From: Eledone cirrhosa
Lineage: Eukaryota
Reading direction: 5' to 3'
NCBI GenBank assembly: GCA_964016885.1
Contig: OZ024741.1
Span: 72,292,001 to 72,356,000, forward strand
DNA: 64,000 nt
Positions 63,701-64,000 of this stretch are shown piece by piece (position 1 is the stretch's first letter; the number at the start of each line of letters is the position of its first letter). A model generated the notes under the pieces. The model saw nothing but the letters and a program-made list of their open reading frames with translations, did no database searches and was not told where the DNA came from. The translations under genes and the position numbers were made by a program.

Positions 63701-64000
63701 GGTGTTGATGACAGTGGTGATGATGGTGGTGGTGGTGTTGATGACAGTGGCGATGATGGTGGTGGTGGTGGTGGTGCTGATGACAGTGGTGATGATGGTG
63801 GTGGTGGTGTTGATGACAGTGGTGATGATGGTGGTGGTGGTGCTGATGACAGTGGTGATGATGGTGGTGGTGGTGCTGATGACAGTGGTGATGATGGTGG
63901 TGGTGGTGTTGATGACAGTGGTGATGATGGTGGTGGTGGTGTTGATGACAGTGGTGATGATGGTGGTGGTGGTGTTGATGACAGTGGTGATGATGGTGGT
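60777..64000. repeat. GGT/GAT minisatellite, ~30-39-bp unit (GTTGATGACAGTGGTGATGAT(GGT)n), running off the window
   Basis: Direct reading; the unit length varies by whole GGT triplets. Confidence 0.97.

Noticed and set aside
60950-64000. CRISPR-like regular repeat
   Set aside because: No unique spacers; the variable part is only the GGT count; eukaryotic context with no cas genes.

Overview
Gene-free, repeat-saturated eukaryotic DNA. The SINE families and extreme microsatellite load suggest an octopus/cephalopod genome; this is recalled from memory, not searched. No host protein-coding gene is supportable. The centrepiece is a ~24-kb head-to-tail array (21869-45774) of Tx1/L1-group non-LTR retrotransposons, all on the + strand: seven large copies from several diverged subfamilies plus two tiny 3' stubs. 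Almost every copy ends in and is preceded by (TATC)n, which indicates microsatellite-specific insertion. In the three copies that retain the ORF1/ORF2 boundary, the ORF1 stop codon sits inside a consensus splice donor (AG|GTAAGT), and ORF2 ends at an acceptor-like sequence in matching phase, so ORF2 may be an excisable intron. An older Tx1-like relative with an (ATT)-type tail shares its 3' terminus with the abundant tRNA-derived SINE, suggesting a SINE-LINE partnership. Also present: R4/Dong-like RLE retroelements in (TAA) and (ACAT)n tracts, an RTE 3' fragment, a near-intact Penelope-like element with hammerhead ribozymes and an in-frame TGA at a Cys position, several orphan hammerheads, a DD34D mariner, a non-autonomous Helitron with its empty site nearby, fold-back elements and a long terminal minisatellite. 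Most ORF-track entries are microsatellite or antisense artefacts.
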